DNA from: an uncultured Spirochaetota bacterium
Lineage (GTDB): Bacteria; Spirochaetota; Brevinematia; Brevinematales; JAOACQ01
Length of the DNA stretch: 64,000 nt
Assembly (NCBI GenBank): GCA_963768055.1
Contig: CAVYGN010000002.1
Coordinates: 1,312,001-1,376,000 of the forward strand
Direction: 5' to 3'
Below are positions 38,371-48,756 of this stretch, piece by piece (the stretch's first letter is position 1; the number at the start of each line of letters is the position of its first letter). Made by a program: the position numbers and the translations under genes. Below the pieces are notes generated by a model, which was not told the origin of the DNA, searched no databases, and saw nothing but the letters and a program-made list of their open reading frames with translations.

Positions 38371-39473
38371 TATCCCATATCAATAAGCTCATAATCCTGG
38401 GTCCCCAGACCCAGCTTTTCGGCGTAATCGAGGCATATTTCCCAATCGGTGCCCGGATATAAAATAGAAAACTTGTCGTTTTCCCCGGTTTCTATCCCGC
38501 CGATGGCGCTGTCCCTGCTGACAGGGGCTTTATTCACGAGATCGACGCTTGCCCTGTCGAGCGCGACAGGGTCGAAAGAGGCCAGGATACCTATATCCGG
38601 AACGATCGGAGCATCGTTGAAAGCCCAGCAATCGCAATTAGGAGACACATCCATGACAAAATTTACATGGAAATGCTTTTTACCATGAATAACCGCGTAA
38701 GCGTATTCGGCTATTTTTTCCAGGGTGTTTGCCGCGCCCCAGACTGCCTGGGCTGAATCGTAGTAACAGACTGCGATACACTGCCCGCATCCGACACACA
38801 ACTCGTAATCGATCACGGCTTTCCTGTTGCCGTCAATATGGATCGCGTTTTGGGCGCAATGGTTAACGCATTGCCCGCAAGCTGTACAGTTTTTCCTTAT
38901 TATTTGAGGCTTGCTGTCCGAATGCATTTCAAGTTTCCCGCCGATAGATCCGGAGCCCATTCCAAGGTTTTTCAGGGCACCCCCGAAACCGGTGAGATCA
39001 TGCCCCTTAAAATGATTGAGGGAGATAATTATGTCGGCATCGGCGATCGCGGATCCGATTTTAGCGGTTTTGCAGTTTTTCATATTCAATTCTATTTCCC
39101 TGTAATCGGTTCCTTTGAGGCCGTCCGCGATAATGACATTGCATCCCAGGGTAAGTGCGTTGAAGCCGTTCCCAGAGGCGCTCATCAGATGATCTACGGC
39201 GTTTCCCCGGCCCCCCTTGTAAAGAGTATTTGAATCGGTAACGAAAACATAGGCCCCGTTTTCCTGGAGAATTTTTACTATCCTGGCAACATAATTAGGC
39301 CTTATATAAGAAAGATTGCCCGGTTCGCCGAAATGGACCTTGACGGCTGAAAATTTCTTATTCAAATTTAAATTCCTGATGCCGGCTTTTTTTACAAGCT
39401 CTTCCAATTTATCGAGAAGGTTTTTCCCCGATGCCGCTCTCATGTTCGTAAAATAAACCCTTGATTTTGACAT
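38370..39473 (-). CDS. DUF362 family Fe-S protein with a 2x[4Fe-4S] ferredoxin domain
   Basis: KVHFGEPGN, HFKGH, GALKNLGMG, CTACGQC..C, CVGCGQC..C, SPNCDC, DPVALD. Confidence 0.9.
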   Translation of the reverse strand: MSKSRVYFTNMRAASGKNLLDKLEELVKKAGIRNLNLNKKFSAVKVHFGEPGNLSYIRPNYVARIVKILQENGAYVFVTDSNTLYKGGRGNAVDHLMSASGNGFNALTLGCNVIIADGLKGTDYREIELNMKNCKTAKIGSAIADADIIISLNHFKGHDLTGFGGALKNLGMGSGSIGGKLEMHSDSKPQIIRKNCTACGQCVNHCAQNAIHIDGNRKAVIDYELCVGCGQCIAVCYYDSAQAVWGAANTLEKIAEYAYAVIHGKKHFHVNFVMDVSPNCDCWAFNDAPIVPDIGILASFDPVALDRASVDLVNKAPVSRDSAIGGIETGENDKFSILYPGTDWEICLDYAEKLGLGTQDYELIDMG

Positions 39474-39491
39474 ATCCGCTCCTTGTATCGG

Positions 39492-40937
39492 TCAATATGC
39501 TCCCTTTCCCCATAGTACGGCCCCAATGGTCTTGAAAAGGATCATAATGTCAAGCCATGCAGACCAGTTTTCGACATACCATGTATCGAGCTTCAGCCTT
39601 TCGGTAAAGATAAGTTCGTTCCTGCCGGATACCTGCCATAACCCGGTAATCCCGGGTTTTGTCATAAAAATGACATCCATGAAATCCTCAATTTCACATT
39701 TTTCAGAAGGAAGATATGGCCTAGGGCCGATCAGGCTCATCTCGCCTTTTATTACGTTGAAAAGCTGAGAGATTTCATCAAGAGAAGTCTTTCTGAGTAA
39801 AGCCCCGATTCTGGTCACCCTCGGATCGTATCCCCTCAATTTTTTATAGGTTTTCCACTCGATTTCAGCGTCTTTATTATTAATTAAATGATCGTTCAGA
39901 ATGGCTTCCGAACCCATGTACATTGTTCTGAATTTGATGCAGTTGAATATTTTTCCCTTCCAGCCCAGCCTTTCCTGGATTATAAATGCCGGGCCGGGCG
40001 AGTCGAGTTTGATCAGAACGCTTATAATAGCCACCAGCGGAATGAAAAAAGGCATTACTAAAATGACCATAGCGATATCGAAAATAGTCTTAACTAAACG
40101 GTTGAAAAGCGAGTGCAGATTATTTTTTATTTTCAGCAGGAATAATTTCTGCATGAAAAGATAATGCAGTTCTGTATTTATCTGCGCTATGCCTACGAGG
40201 TCGGGGACCAGGACCACGTTTTTAGCGTATTTCTGAACATGGTTGGTAAGCCTGGTCAACTCGTCGCGGGACAGATCGGGAAGCGAGATTATCACCGTTG
40301 AAATCTCAAGCATACTAATGAACTTGGTAAAATTTTTTATTCCGTTGAATACAGGGTATTTTATGCCTTCTATATCGATCTCCTTCAAGTCTTTGACATC
40401 GTCAAGAAATCCCACAACGCTGTATCCAAGCTGTTTTTCATTTGTCAGTCCCCTGACGGTGCCTATGGCGCTCTGTCCTGTGCCTAGAACGAGCGCCTTT
40501 TCCTTCCATAGACCCAGTCCGTAAAGAGCCCTTTTACCCCAGTATCTGAATATTATCATGGCTGCCGCGAGATAAACCCATAGAAGAAGTAAAACAAGGC
40601 GCGAGATATTCCCGTACATATTCCTTACAGTGATCATGAAAAAAATAAAAATTACGGTGATCGAAACTGCCTTCAAGAGGGATTTGATCTCTTCCCAGAA
40701 TGGATAACGGGTCGTGTAAAGTCTTTCGAAAACGATGATCGTTATGAATATCGCCGGCATCCACCATATAGAAAGATAATATTCATAGGAAAAGAAATAA
40801 TAAGGCTTGTCCCTTGTAAGGAAAAAGACAATGTTTTCCCTGGTGAATATTGCGACAAACAAAGTGGCGTAATATGATGCCAGGTCGATAATAAATAGTG
40901 CGGCTATCCGGCCGGTGCCTCTCCATCTTTCTTTCAT
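39492..40937 (-). CDS. undecaprenyl-phosphate sugar phosphotransferase (WbaP-like)
   Basis: N-terminal TMs, KFRTM, DPRVTRIG, LRKTSLDE, GPRP, PGITGLWQVSGRN. Confidence 0.93.
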   Translation of the reverse strand: MKERWRGTGRIAALFIIDLASYYATLFVAIFTRENIVFFLTRDKPYYFFSYEYYLSIWWMPAIFITIIVFERLYTTRYPFWEEIKSLLKAVSITVIFIFFMITVRNMYGNISRLVLLLLWVYLAAAMIIFRYWGKRALYGLGLWKEKALVLGTGQSAIGTVRGLTNEKQLGYSVVGFLDDVKDLKEIDIEGIKYPVFNGIKNFTKFISMLEISTVIISLPDLSRDELTRLTNHVQKYAKNVVLVPDLVGIAQINTELHYLFMQKLFLLKIKNNLHSLFNRLVKTIFDIAMVILVMPFFIPLVAIISVLIKLDSPGPAFIIQERLGWKGKIFNCIKFRTMYMGSEAILNDHLINNKDAEIEWKTYKKLRGYDPRVTRIGALLRKTSLDEISQLFNVIKGEMSLIGPRPYLPSEKCEIEDFMDVIFMTKPGITGLWQVSGRNELIFTERLKLDTWYVENWSAWLDIMILFKTIGAVLWGKGAY

Positions 40938-40955
40938 AATATATTCCGGTCCATT

Positions 40956-42095
40956 TTACATGAAAAATGATTTCATCTTTTCCTCGACAAAATCCTTGTA
41001 TTTCCTTTGAAATTCCTTACGGGAGAACCTGAGAGCGTTTTGCCTGATTACAGAGGGGTCCAGGTCCTCTTCAATCTTTTCAAATCTTTGTACCGCTTCG
41101 ATCAGGCTGTCTTCATCCTGGGAATTAAAAAATATCCCGGTTTTGCCTTCAATAACGGTTTCCGAGACGCCACCCCTGCCATAGGCGATGACAGGCGTTC
41201 CGCATGCCTGAGCTTCGACCGGCATCAGGCCGAAATCCTCTTCCGCGGCGAAAACGAAGGCCCTGGCCTTTTGAAGATAATCTTTTAAAGATTCCCTGTT
41301 CTGGTAACCTATCATTTCAATGTTCGGGCTCTTTGCCGACAATCTTTTTATCTTTTTTTCCTCGGGACCGTTCCCGATGACAATCAATTTCCTGTCTTTC
41401 ATCCGTGTGAAAGCCCGAACTATCATGTCCATCCTTTTGTACGGGACCATATGCGACGCCGCCATATAAAAGTTTTCCTTTTTTTCAAAAAGGCTGTAAT
41501 AATCCGTATCAGCCGGTCCGAATATTACCTCCGCATCCCTGTTATAGATTTTTTTTATCCTTTTAGCCACATAAGAGGAATTCGTGAGGTAATGATCGAC
41601 CCTGTTCGCTGAAATAATATCCCAGGTTCTAATATTATGGAGCCAATTTCTAACTATCGCTCCGAGAATTCCCTTGTCCAGGCCTGATTCTCTCAGATAT
41701 TGAAAAGTCAGATCCCATGCATATCTCATCGGGGTATGCATATAACAGATGTGAAGCTGGTTCGAATTTGTCAGGACCCCTTTAGCCACCGCGTGGGAGG
41801 TAGAAAGCACTACGTCAAACCCCGAAAGGTCGAATTCCTCTATGGCCTTGGGAAATAGGGACAGGAGAAACCGGTAAAATTTCCCTGAAAACGGGAATTT
41901 TTGGATCGACGAAGTGATAATTTTAGAGTGATCGATAATATCGCTCTTAAAATTTCTTGTACATAAAAGCGTATATACAGGGGAGGGATAGAGTTCGTAA
42001 ATTGCTTCCAGCGCCCTTTCGCCGCCTCTCATTCCTGTAAGCCAGTCATGAACGAGGGCCGTTTTTATATTCGACTGTCCTCCGGTTCTATCCAT
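40956..42095 (-). CDS. GT4 glycosyltransferase (WbaZ-like mannosyltransferase)
   Basis: VHDWLTGMRGGE, HTPMRYAWD, EEDFGLMPVEAQACGTPVIA. Confidence 0.92.
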   Translation of the reverse strand: MDRTGGQSNIKTALVHDWLTGMRGGERALEAIYELYPSPVYTLLCTRNFKSDIIDHSKIITSSIQKFPFSGKFYRFLLSLFPKAIEEFDLSGFDVVLSTSHAVAKGVLTNSNQLHICYMHTPMRYAWDLTFQYLRESGLDKGILGAIVRNWLHNIRTWDIISANRVDHYLTNSSYVAKRIKKIYNRDAEVIFGPADTDYYSLFEKKENFYMAASHMVPYKRMDMIVRAFTRMKDRKLIVIGNGPEEKKIKRLSAKSPNIEMIGYQNRESLKDYLQKARAFVFAAEEDFGLMPVEAQACGTPVIAYGRGGVSETVIEGKTGIFFNSQDEDSLIEAVQRFEKIEEDLDPSVIRQNALRFSRKEFQRKYKDFVEEKMKSFFM

Positions 42096-42120
42096 GATGT
42101 ATAAGCTCCTTTATATCAAA

Positions 42121-42231
42121 TGGGCGCATCTAATTACCTACGGATAGGCAGCCCCCATAGGGCGAATATAGTTAGTTTTAAATCAAGCTGTCAGTGCAAG
42201 TTAAATATTCTTGAGCTATTTGAACCGCCCT
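42121..42231. mobile_element. diverged MITE-like element (family E)
   Basis: Ends GGGCGCATCTAATTACC and GAACCGCCCT. Internal CCCATAGGG...AATAT is shared with the adjacent copy. Confidence 0.5.
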
Positions 42232-42267
42232 GATTATCATAACATTATTTCAATGGATTGTAAACTC

Positions 42268-42380
42268 AGGGCACTTCTAAAAAACCGGCTTTTCAAGCCG
42301 GTAAGGTAGTGCCCATAGGGGCAATATTATTAAATTAGAATGTTGATTGTTAATAACATAATTGGTTTTTAGAACGCCCC
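42268..42380. mobile_element. MITE-like element (family E)
   Basis: TIRs AGGGCACTTCTAAAAAACC and GGTTTTTAGAACGCCCC. Colinear with 2911-3060. Confidence 0.65.
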
Positions 42381-44090
42381 TTATTCGTAATGGCGGAGAG
42401 CTTCCGATGGGGAAAGCCCTGCCGCCCGCCTTGCCGGGAAATAAGCCGAAATAAACGCTATAATGATAAGTATAAGGATATAAAATAATATTTTGACCGG
42501 CAGTGTGACAAAGTGTATATGGCTGTCCAGAATGAAAATCGAGAAGGCTTCACTTGAAGTGTTGAAATAAATCGAAGAAATAAGTCCCATAGCGATATAA
42601 GCAAAGCATATGCCGAGAATAGAGGCAAAAAAAGTCAGCATTATAGTCTCTCCCAGGAAAAGATTCCTGATCTCTTTTTTTTGCATTCCGATGGATCTCA
42701 TTGTTCCGATTTCCCTGGTTCTTTCCCTGACCGACATCCTGAGAGTGTTGAGTACGCCTACCTGTGTAATGATGAAGAGTATAATGACACTGACCAGGCT
42801 GATAATCTGAGCGATCGAAGCCCATTGCAGGAGGCCGTAATTATCTTCATAAACCGTGGTAAGTATAAGATAAGCGCCGTTTTTAGCGCTTTTTATCAGG
42901 TTATCGTAGAGCCCTTCTATTTCATCCGAACTATGGACCCTGGGCATAAGCGTCCATTCTTTAACAAGGACGGACAGGATAGATGAATTCAGCCATTTAT
43001 TGGTGTCGACGGCCGGCAGATTTTTATAATAAAGGTTCTTGAAATCATTTTCATTTATTAAAACGGCATTACCGAGCGAGGCGTCGGCGGAGGTGAATAT
43101 TCCACCGATTACGAAGGAGAATGTTTTATCAGTTTTATCCATCAGGGGGTAAGAGAAGTTCAGTATCATCCCGGGGGCCAGACGTTTGTTCAAAGCTAAT
43201 TTTTCAGGGATCATAATGCTGTTAGTGCCAACGGTTTTATCCCAATCCCCCCGAAAAGATCCCAGGTTGCTCCTTAAAAACTGCAAATCAGATTCGTTAG
43301 TCGAAAAGCCCAGAATGCTGAAATCGGATACAGCGCCATTAAGCGGAATAAAAGCAGTCGCGGGTTTGAGGGCCTTGTACAGGGCGTCGGCCTGTGTGCG
43401 TGTCGTCTCGAGGTCTTTTAATATAATCCGAAAGCTTGAAGTTTCATTATCGCTGTATCCCATCATACTTTTCAGATCCCTTGTTTTTATATAGACGGAA
43501 TAATTATTCCAGAGTGTCCCCGATGTCCTGTTTATACCTGTTACCCGTAATTTCGCAGTCTGTACCTGCCCGTTTATTGTTTTAAGGCTTACATTAATAG
43601 TGTCGTTCACCCTAACCCTTAATTTTTTTGCATACTGGGCGCTGATGATAACCGCATTATCGATAAGAGAATTTGTAAAATCGTGCGGATCGCCGCTTTC
43701 GAGCCTTAAAGTCCCGAAAAATTCGTTTGAGGGTTCGACGCTTGCAAGATAGATGTCTGCCGCCCTGCCGTTTCCGATAACCCTTGTCCAGAGATCGAAA
43801 CTTTCCTTTATCGTCGTTACGTCATGGAGGTTTTTCCTCAAAAGGGTTATTAGATTTTCCTTGTTGCGTATGACCGGTCCGTTTCTTTCAAGTTTTTCAA
43901 AAATTGTAACCTGAATATGGCCGACCCAGTTTACCAGCATCTTGTTGAGCATAAGATCGGTCATGCCGTCGCCTATCGATCCAGAAAGGATAAGCACCGC
44001 CATCCCGAAAGCGATTATAACGGCGAGAAGGAAATTCCTTCTTTTCTGGCGCAGAAGGTTCCGGAGGATTAAAAGCAGAGTGGTCCTCAT
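42381..44090 (-). CDS. FtsX/MacB/LolE-like ABC permease
   Basis: RNLLRQKRR N-terminus, large extracytoplasmic domain, ERTREIGTMRSIG, PARRAAGLSPSEAL. Confidence 0.88.
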   Translation of the reverse strand: MRTTLLLILRNLLRQKRRNFLLAVIIAFGMAVLILSGSIGDGMTDLMLNKMLVNWVGHIQVTIFEKLERNGPVIRNKENLITLLRKNLHDVTTIKESFDLWTRVIGNGRAADIYLASVEPSNEFFGTLRLESGDPHDFTNSLIDNAVIISAQYAKKLRVRVNDTINVSLKTINGQVQTAKLRVTGINRTSGTLWNNYSVYIKTRDLKSMMGYSDNETSSFRIILKDLETTRTQADALYKALKPATAFIPLNGAVSDFSILGFSTNESDLQFLRSNLGSFRGDWDKTVGTNSIMIPEKLALNKRLAPGMILNFSYPLMDKTDKTFSFVIGGIFTSADASLGNAVLINENDFKNLYYKNLPAVDTNKWLNSSILSVLVKEWTLMPRVHSSDEIEGLYDNLIKSAKNGAYLILTTVYEDNYGLLQWASIAQIISLVSVIILFIITQVGVLNTLRMSVRERTREIGTMRSIGMQKKEIRNLFLGETIMLTFFASILGICFAYIAMGLISSIYFNTSSEAFSIFILDSHIHFVTLPVKILFYILILIIIAFISAYFPARRAAGLSPSEALRHYE

Positions 44091-44100
44091 TAATGTTCTC

Positions 44101-45627
44101 CTATTCTTTTGAGAATGCTTCGAGGGGTTTAACTTTCATGGCCAGCCTCGCCGGCAGAATCACCGAAAGTAATATGAAAAAGAACAGCTCGGCAGTTGAA
44201 ACGATTATTCCGGACAGGCCGATAAAAGGGCAGAAATGATCGGAAGCGAAAAATGTCGGAGCGACTTCCCCTGTGGTGATCGTAATGTTCATTTTCGATA
44301 AGAGATCGACGGCTATTACGCCGAATAGGATTCCGGCACCTCCGAAACAGACTGTCAGGAGAAAGGTTTCGGCGTAAAAAATTTCAGAGATAAGCCCTTT
44401 TCTTGCACCTATTGAGCGCATCATAGCGATCTCGCCTGTCCTTTCGATGACAGACATATTGAGCGTGTTCATGATTACGATTATGACCACGAAAAACATG
44501 AAAAAGACGAAAACCCTTATTATGTCCATGAAAATGCTGGTACCGTCGAAAAGCTGGCCTGAGATCCTCTGCCAGGGAACGGCCCTTGCGTCAAGGCGGG
44601 CGTTGGAAAGAGCCTCATTTAAATTTTTTATCACAATGGCCTGGTCGAACCCTTTTTTCACTTTCAGGGCGATGTAATTGTAAGCGCCGTTGTCCGGGTC
44701 CCGATCGGCTGCGGCGGAGGTTTTTCCCCTCTTGAGGGTTTTTAATATTTCTTTATTATCCGCAGCAATGTCGGGCTTCATCAGGGCAGAGGAGGAGCCG
44801 AACATCGAGTCGAACCCCGCCTCGTTCATATCGAAAATTTTTTTCTTTTCAGCCGATACCTTTGCCGAAGAATCATCGGCCGTGATGTAATTAAAACAAT
44901 CCCTGAAAGATTCTATATCCATGATAGAAAAATAGCCCCAATTGTAGTTATAATCTTTATAACGCAAAATCCCTTTAACATTGACCCTGATATCGTTGCC
45001 TGTATCCTTCGAATAGCCCATAAAAACCAGGTTGGTTTTTATTATAGCTCCTTTAAGGCTGTTAGTAAGGCCTTCGGATGAAACGGGGTTTCCGGCAGGC
45101 CTATCCTGCGGCGAGATCCAGTATCCTGTTTTGTCATAAATATGCTCCCGCCATCTATCTGAAAAAATTATACCTCTGTCGCCCCTTTTTAATTCCTCTC
45201 CTTCGGTTATTATTATATTGGAAGAGAAAATTTTTTGATAATCCTCAAATTTTACACCGATGAGATAACACCATGCCGGATGGTCCTCTTCAAGCACCGT
45301 TGAAGCTCCGATCGCCATCGGCATGAACGCGGCTATGTCATCCCGTTTTTCAAGAAAATCCTTAATATTGGTATAAGAACTGATGATCTCAAGGTTGTTC
45401 AGGTTATCAAAGAACAGGTCCTCCGCCTCCTGGTTGGTCGATAGAAGCGCTATGTCGCCCAGGAAAGAAGCCGCAAGATTTAAATACAGGCCTTTATTCA
45501 TGCCGTTGATAACGCCGTTGCCCATTGTCATGAAAACCGCTGCAAAGAACAGGATCGTTCCGATGATCAGGCTTTTTCCCCTGTGGCGGAAGAGGTTCCG
45601 CCAGGCGAGTTTTATTATAAATAACAA
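44101..45627 (-). CDS. FtsX/MacB/LolE-like ABC permease
   Basis: LAWRNLFRH, ERTGEIAMMRSIG, PARLAMKVKPLEA. TTG start with a GGAGG RBS. Confidence 0.88.
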   Translation of the reverse strand: MLFIIKLAWRNLFRHRGKSLIIGTILFFAAVFMTMGNGVINGMNKGLYLNLAASFLGDIALLSTNQEAEDLFFDNLNNLEIISSYTNIKDFLEKRDDIAAFMPMAIGASTVLEEDHPAWCYLIGVKFEDYQKIFSSNIIITEGEELKRGDRGIIFSDRWREHIYDKTGYWISPQDRPAGNPVSSEGLTNSLKGAIIKTNLVFMGYSKDTGNDIRVNVKGILRYKDYNYNWGYFSIMDIESFRDCFNYITADDSSAKVSAEKKKIFDMNEAGFDSMFGSSSALMKPDIAADNKEILKTLKRGKTSAAADRDPDNGAYNYIALKVKKGFDQAIVIKNLNEALSNARLDARAVPWQRISGQLFDGTSIFMDIIRVFVFFMFFVVIIVIMNTLNMSVIERTGEIAMMRSIGARKGLISEIFYAETFLLTVCFGGAGILFGVIAVDLLSKMNITITTGEVAPTFFASDHFCPFIGLSGIIVSTAELFFFILLSVILPARLAMKVKPLEAFSKE

Positions 45628-45643
45628 TGTTACCTCCGGGTAT

Positions 45644-45849
45644 ATCCACAGAATGCACAGATTAAGCGGATTACGGAATTTTCTGTGAAATCCATATGAA
45701 ATTTTGGAAATATGAACTTTTATCTTCTGCTATTTTTCTCGATTAATTGCATAAATAATAATTTAATCTGATTTCACAGATATTTCAAAAACAAAATCTG
45801 TGATTTCCGTGGATCCTCCAGGACTTAATCTTGGTTCCAATCCGTCCCT
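45644..45849. repeat. gene-free cluster of CACAGAT/ATCTGTG inverted repeats
   Basis: ATCCACAGAATGCACAGATT (45644) pairs with AATCTGTGATTTCCGTGGAT (45795). An inner TCTGTGAAATC/GATTTCACAGA pair is present. 45832-45849 is nearly the reverse complement of 59143-59162. Confidence 0.7.
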
Positions 45850-45850
45850 G

Positions 45851-47305
45851 TCATTGCGGTTGAAATTCAGAAACGAATTTTCCAAGCTTTGAATAAATGG
45901 AATTCCGGTCATTTTTTTCGGCCGCATCGGCCAATTCAGTCACCATAGATATTATATCCTCACGGCAAAGGGGTATGAAATCCTCCCGGGACAGGAAAAG
46001 CTTTTCATAAGCCGAGGGTTTGAGCTGCTCATGAGAATAACTGAGTTCCTCGTGCATCTTCTCTCCCTTTCTCAAGCCCGAGAAATCGATCGGAAAATTT
46101 TTCTCATTGTAACCGTATATCGATAGCAGGCTCTTCGCAAGATCGAGTATCCGTATAGGCCTGCCCATATCCATGACGAAAATCTTCCCCAGCGGTTCGG
46201 TAGCCGCTTTCAACATAAGCCTCGCCGCTTCCGAAACTGACATGAAATACCTTGTCATATCGGGGTGGGTGACTGTAAGGCGTTCCCCTTTTTCTATTTG
46301 CCTGGTAAATACGGGGATGACACTGCCCCTCGAACCCAGGACATTCCCGAATCTTGTCAGCCTGAAGTTCGTGACGCTCTGCATCCTGTTAAGTGAAAGG
46401 ATTATCTTCTCGGCCGCCCTCTTTGTTGCTCCCATTACCGAAGTCGGGTTTACGGCTTTATCGGTAGAAACGAAGATAAAATCATGAACACCGGCCTGGA
46501 TTGACGCAAGGGCTGTATAATATGTCCCGACAATGTTGGTTTTGACTGCTTCGTCAGGATAGTCTTCCATGAGAGGAAGGTGTTTATGGGCCGCAGCGTG
46601 GAATACTATGTCAGGCCGGTATCGTCCGAATTCAAAGATCAGTTTTTCGATGTCCCTGACGTCGCCGATACAGTAATCGAATCGCTTATCATGGCCGATA
46701 TCGACAATCAGGGAATGTATAGAATTCTCGCCATGCCCGAACGCTACAGCTTTTTTTATAGGAAGTTTGAATAACTGCAGAAATAACTCACGTCCGATAG
46801 ATCCGCCGGCTCCGGTTACAAGCACTGTTTTTCCGTTGTAGAAGGGAAAAATTTTGTCGAAGTCATAACCCACCTCCTCCCTTCCCAGGAGGTCTGACGG
46901 CTGGATCGCCCTTATCTGGCCGTAATTGACCGATCCTTCGATGATCTCGTATATGCCCGGCACAATTTTTATAAGAGCTTCCGCGCCCGATAAATCGGAA
47001 ACGATTTTCTGAATAACGTCTTTTCCGGCAGAAGGGATCGCGATTATCACTTCGTCAATTCCGTTTGAAACAATCGCTTCCCTGGCGCCCGACAATGGAC
47101 CGAAAACCGGCAGCCCCAAGCAGGAAACCAGTTCTTTATTATCATCAAGAAACCCGACAACGGTGTATTTTAGTGAAATATCCTTTTTATTCCTTATTTC
47201 CGACGCGACCATTTGCCCGGCGCTGCCGGCTCCTATAATAAGAACCCTTTTCATAAACTCCGTCCTCAATTTTGTAATTTTAGAGCAGGGAGATTGATTT
47301 ATCAA
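45851..47305 (-). CDS. nucleoside-diphosphate sugar 4,6-dehydratase (CapD/PglF-like, soluble form)
   Basis: IIGAGSAG, DLLGRE, VTGAGGSIG, HAAAHKH, STDKAVNPTSVMGATK, RFGNVLGSRGSV, GEKMHEEL. Confidence 0.92.
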   Translation of the reverse strand: MINQSPCSKITKLRTEFMKRVLIIGAGSAGQMVASEIRNKKDISLKYTVVGFLDDNKELVSCLGLPVFGPLSGAREAIVSNGIDEVIIAIPSAGKDVIQKIVSDLSGAEALIKIVPGIYEIIEGSVNYGQIRAIQPSDLLGREEVGYDFDKIFPFYNGKTVLVTGAGGSIGRELFLQLFKLPIKKAVAFGHGENSIHSLIVDIGHDKRFDYCIGDVRDIEKLIFEFGRYRPDIVFHAAAHKHLPLMEDYPDEAVKTNIVGTYYTALASIQAGVHDFIFVSTDKAVNPTSVMGATKRAAEKIILSLNRMQSVTNFRLTRFGNVLGSRGSVIPVFTRQIEKGERLTVTHPDMTRYFMSVSEAARLMLKAATEPLGKIFVMDMGRPIRILDLAKSLLSIYGYNEKNFPIDFSGLRKGEKMHEELSYSHEQLKPSAYEKLFLSREDFIPLCREDIISMVTELADAAEKNDRNSIYSKLGKFVSEFQPQ

Positions 47306-47413
47306 GATTTCAAGGGGAAATTACAGGGGGAGACTGTGGATTGCCCGCGAAGCCACACGATACGAAGGGAGGGGGACGGAAATCACAGGGAGACACGGGG
47401 AGACGGAGAGCGG

Positions 47414-47760
47414 TATTGACTATGAACCTCCGTGATAAGCTTGTCAAGATCGGGGTGAAGGTAATAAGTCATGCGCGGTACACGATATTTCAGATGGCTG
47501 AAGCAATACTCGAAAGGATAGAACGGTTCAGGTCTTTGGCTTTGGAAGCAATGTAAGGATTGATTGTAATGAAAAAAACAAGGGGTTACATGTTGTTGAA
47601 TTTTATGAAAGGAATGAATTTTACTGTTTTTCAGCCCAATTCAGGCCTATGAAAGATGGAATTTATGTTGACATGGCAAAATAACTTCTATAAAATATTG
47701 GTAGAAAGCATCGTGAACTGGATTTTTGGAGTTCCAGAATGCTAAATGGGAAATCCCGAT
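47414..47760 (+). mobile_element. IS1380-family remnant (transposase C-terminus plus putative right end)
   Basis: LRDKLVKIGVKVISHARYTIFQMAE..ILERI resembles the IS1380-type transposase C-terminus as I recall it. Candidate terminal repeat ATGGGAAATCCCG at 47746-47758. Confidence 0.65.
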
Positions 47761-48054
47761 TAAAATGGTTGCCGTGAAGCAGTCTATTGAAAGAATCGAT
47801 ATGGCCGGCAAGTCAATCGAAGTTCAGAAGATAAAGCTGTCATTGAGAGGTTTAATGCCCGCATTCTGGTAAATGAGTTTTTACTATCGTTGTTCGGACG
47901 GCATCAGACCTGTACATAAAGGATAGATAGATTATAGTAATTTTAAGATTGAAGTAGAAGTAATTGAATGAATGGGAGAATAACATATTCCCTGAAAGAT
48001 ATTTCGAACGCTATGCTTTCAAAATTGCTTCAATAATAAAATTGGAGATGCTTT

Positions 48055-48756
48055 ATGAATAATAACAAGATAATACACTGGACTGGAATATTCGGATTGA
48101 TCGGGGGAATCTTACTTCTTCTTGAGATACCGCTCTGGATTATACCCGGAGACCCGGGGCAAATTAGTGATGCTGTAGCGCATGCAAATTATTTAGCAAA
48201 TATTAGAATAATTGCATTAACCCGGATACTTATTGATTTGTTCATGTATATGAGCTGGATGATATTATTTGCCGGTTTGAGGCATTTGATCATTATTACA
48301 AAAAAAGAATGCGAATGGATTGCATCCCTAAGTTTTGGAGCGGGGATAGTCTGGTGGACCATAAGTCTTGTAGCTGATGGATTGGAAGGCGGGGCAATTT
48401 TGCTTACGCTCGGTGGTAATACGGATCCGGCATTAGTTAAATCATTAGTTTATGGAACACTCCTTATTTATAACGGTTCCATTGCTTTTGCGATAACCGG
48501 TTTCTTTATGGGAGTTATAGGATATGCGATTATTACAAAAGGTATATTACCAAAGTGGATGGGATGGTTAAGCTGGATCAGCTTTTTTATGTGTATAATC
48601 GCAATTCCTGCAATGTATAGCGGTTTAGTGGATACTAAAGGTTTTTACAATCCTGCCGGATGGGGCCCGGTAATTATTGCCAATATCCCGCCGCTCATCT
48701 GGGTTTTCGTCGTCAGCATCGGGATGATTCGTAAAAGTTTTAAAGAAGATCTTTAA
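48055..48756 (+). CDS. hypothetical multi-pass membrane protein (DUF4386-like)
   Basis: About six hydrophobic segments, GILPKWMGW motif, GGAG RBS, AT-rich codon usage. Confidence 0.7.
   Translation: MNNNKIIHWTGIFGLIGGILLLLEIPLWIIPGDPGQISDAVAHANYLANIRIIALTRILIDLFMYMSWMILFAGLRHLIIITKKECEWIASLSFGAGIVWWTISLVADGLEGGAILLTLGGNTDPALVKSLVYGTLLIYNGSIAFAITGFFMGVIGYAIITKGILPKWMGWLSWISFFMCIIAIPAMYSGLVDTKGFYNPAGWGPVIIANIPPLIWVFVVSIGMIRKSFKEDL

Noticed and set aside
47341..47556. 71-aa ORF as a functional gene
   Set aside because: The N-terminal part is translated repeat DNA and the rest is a transposase C-terminal fragment.
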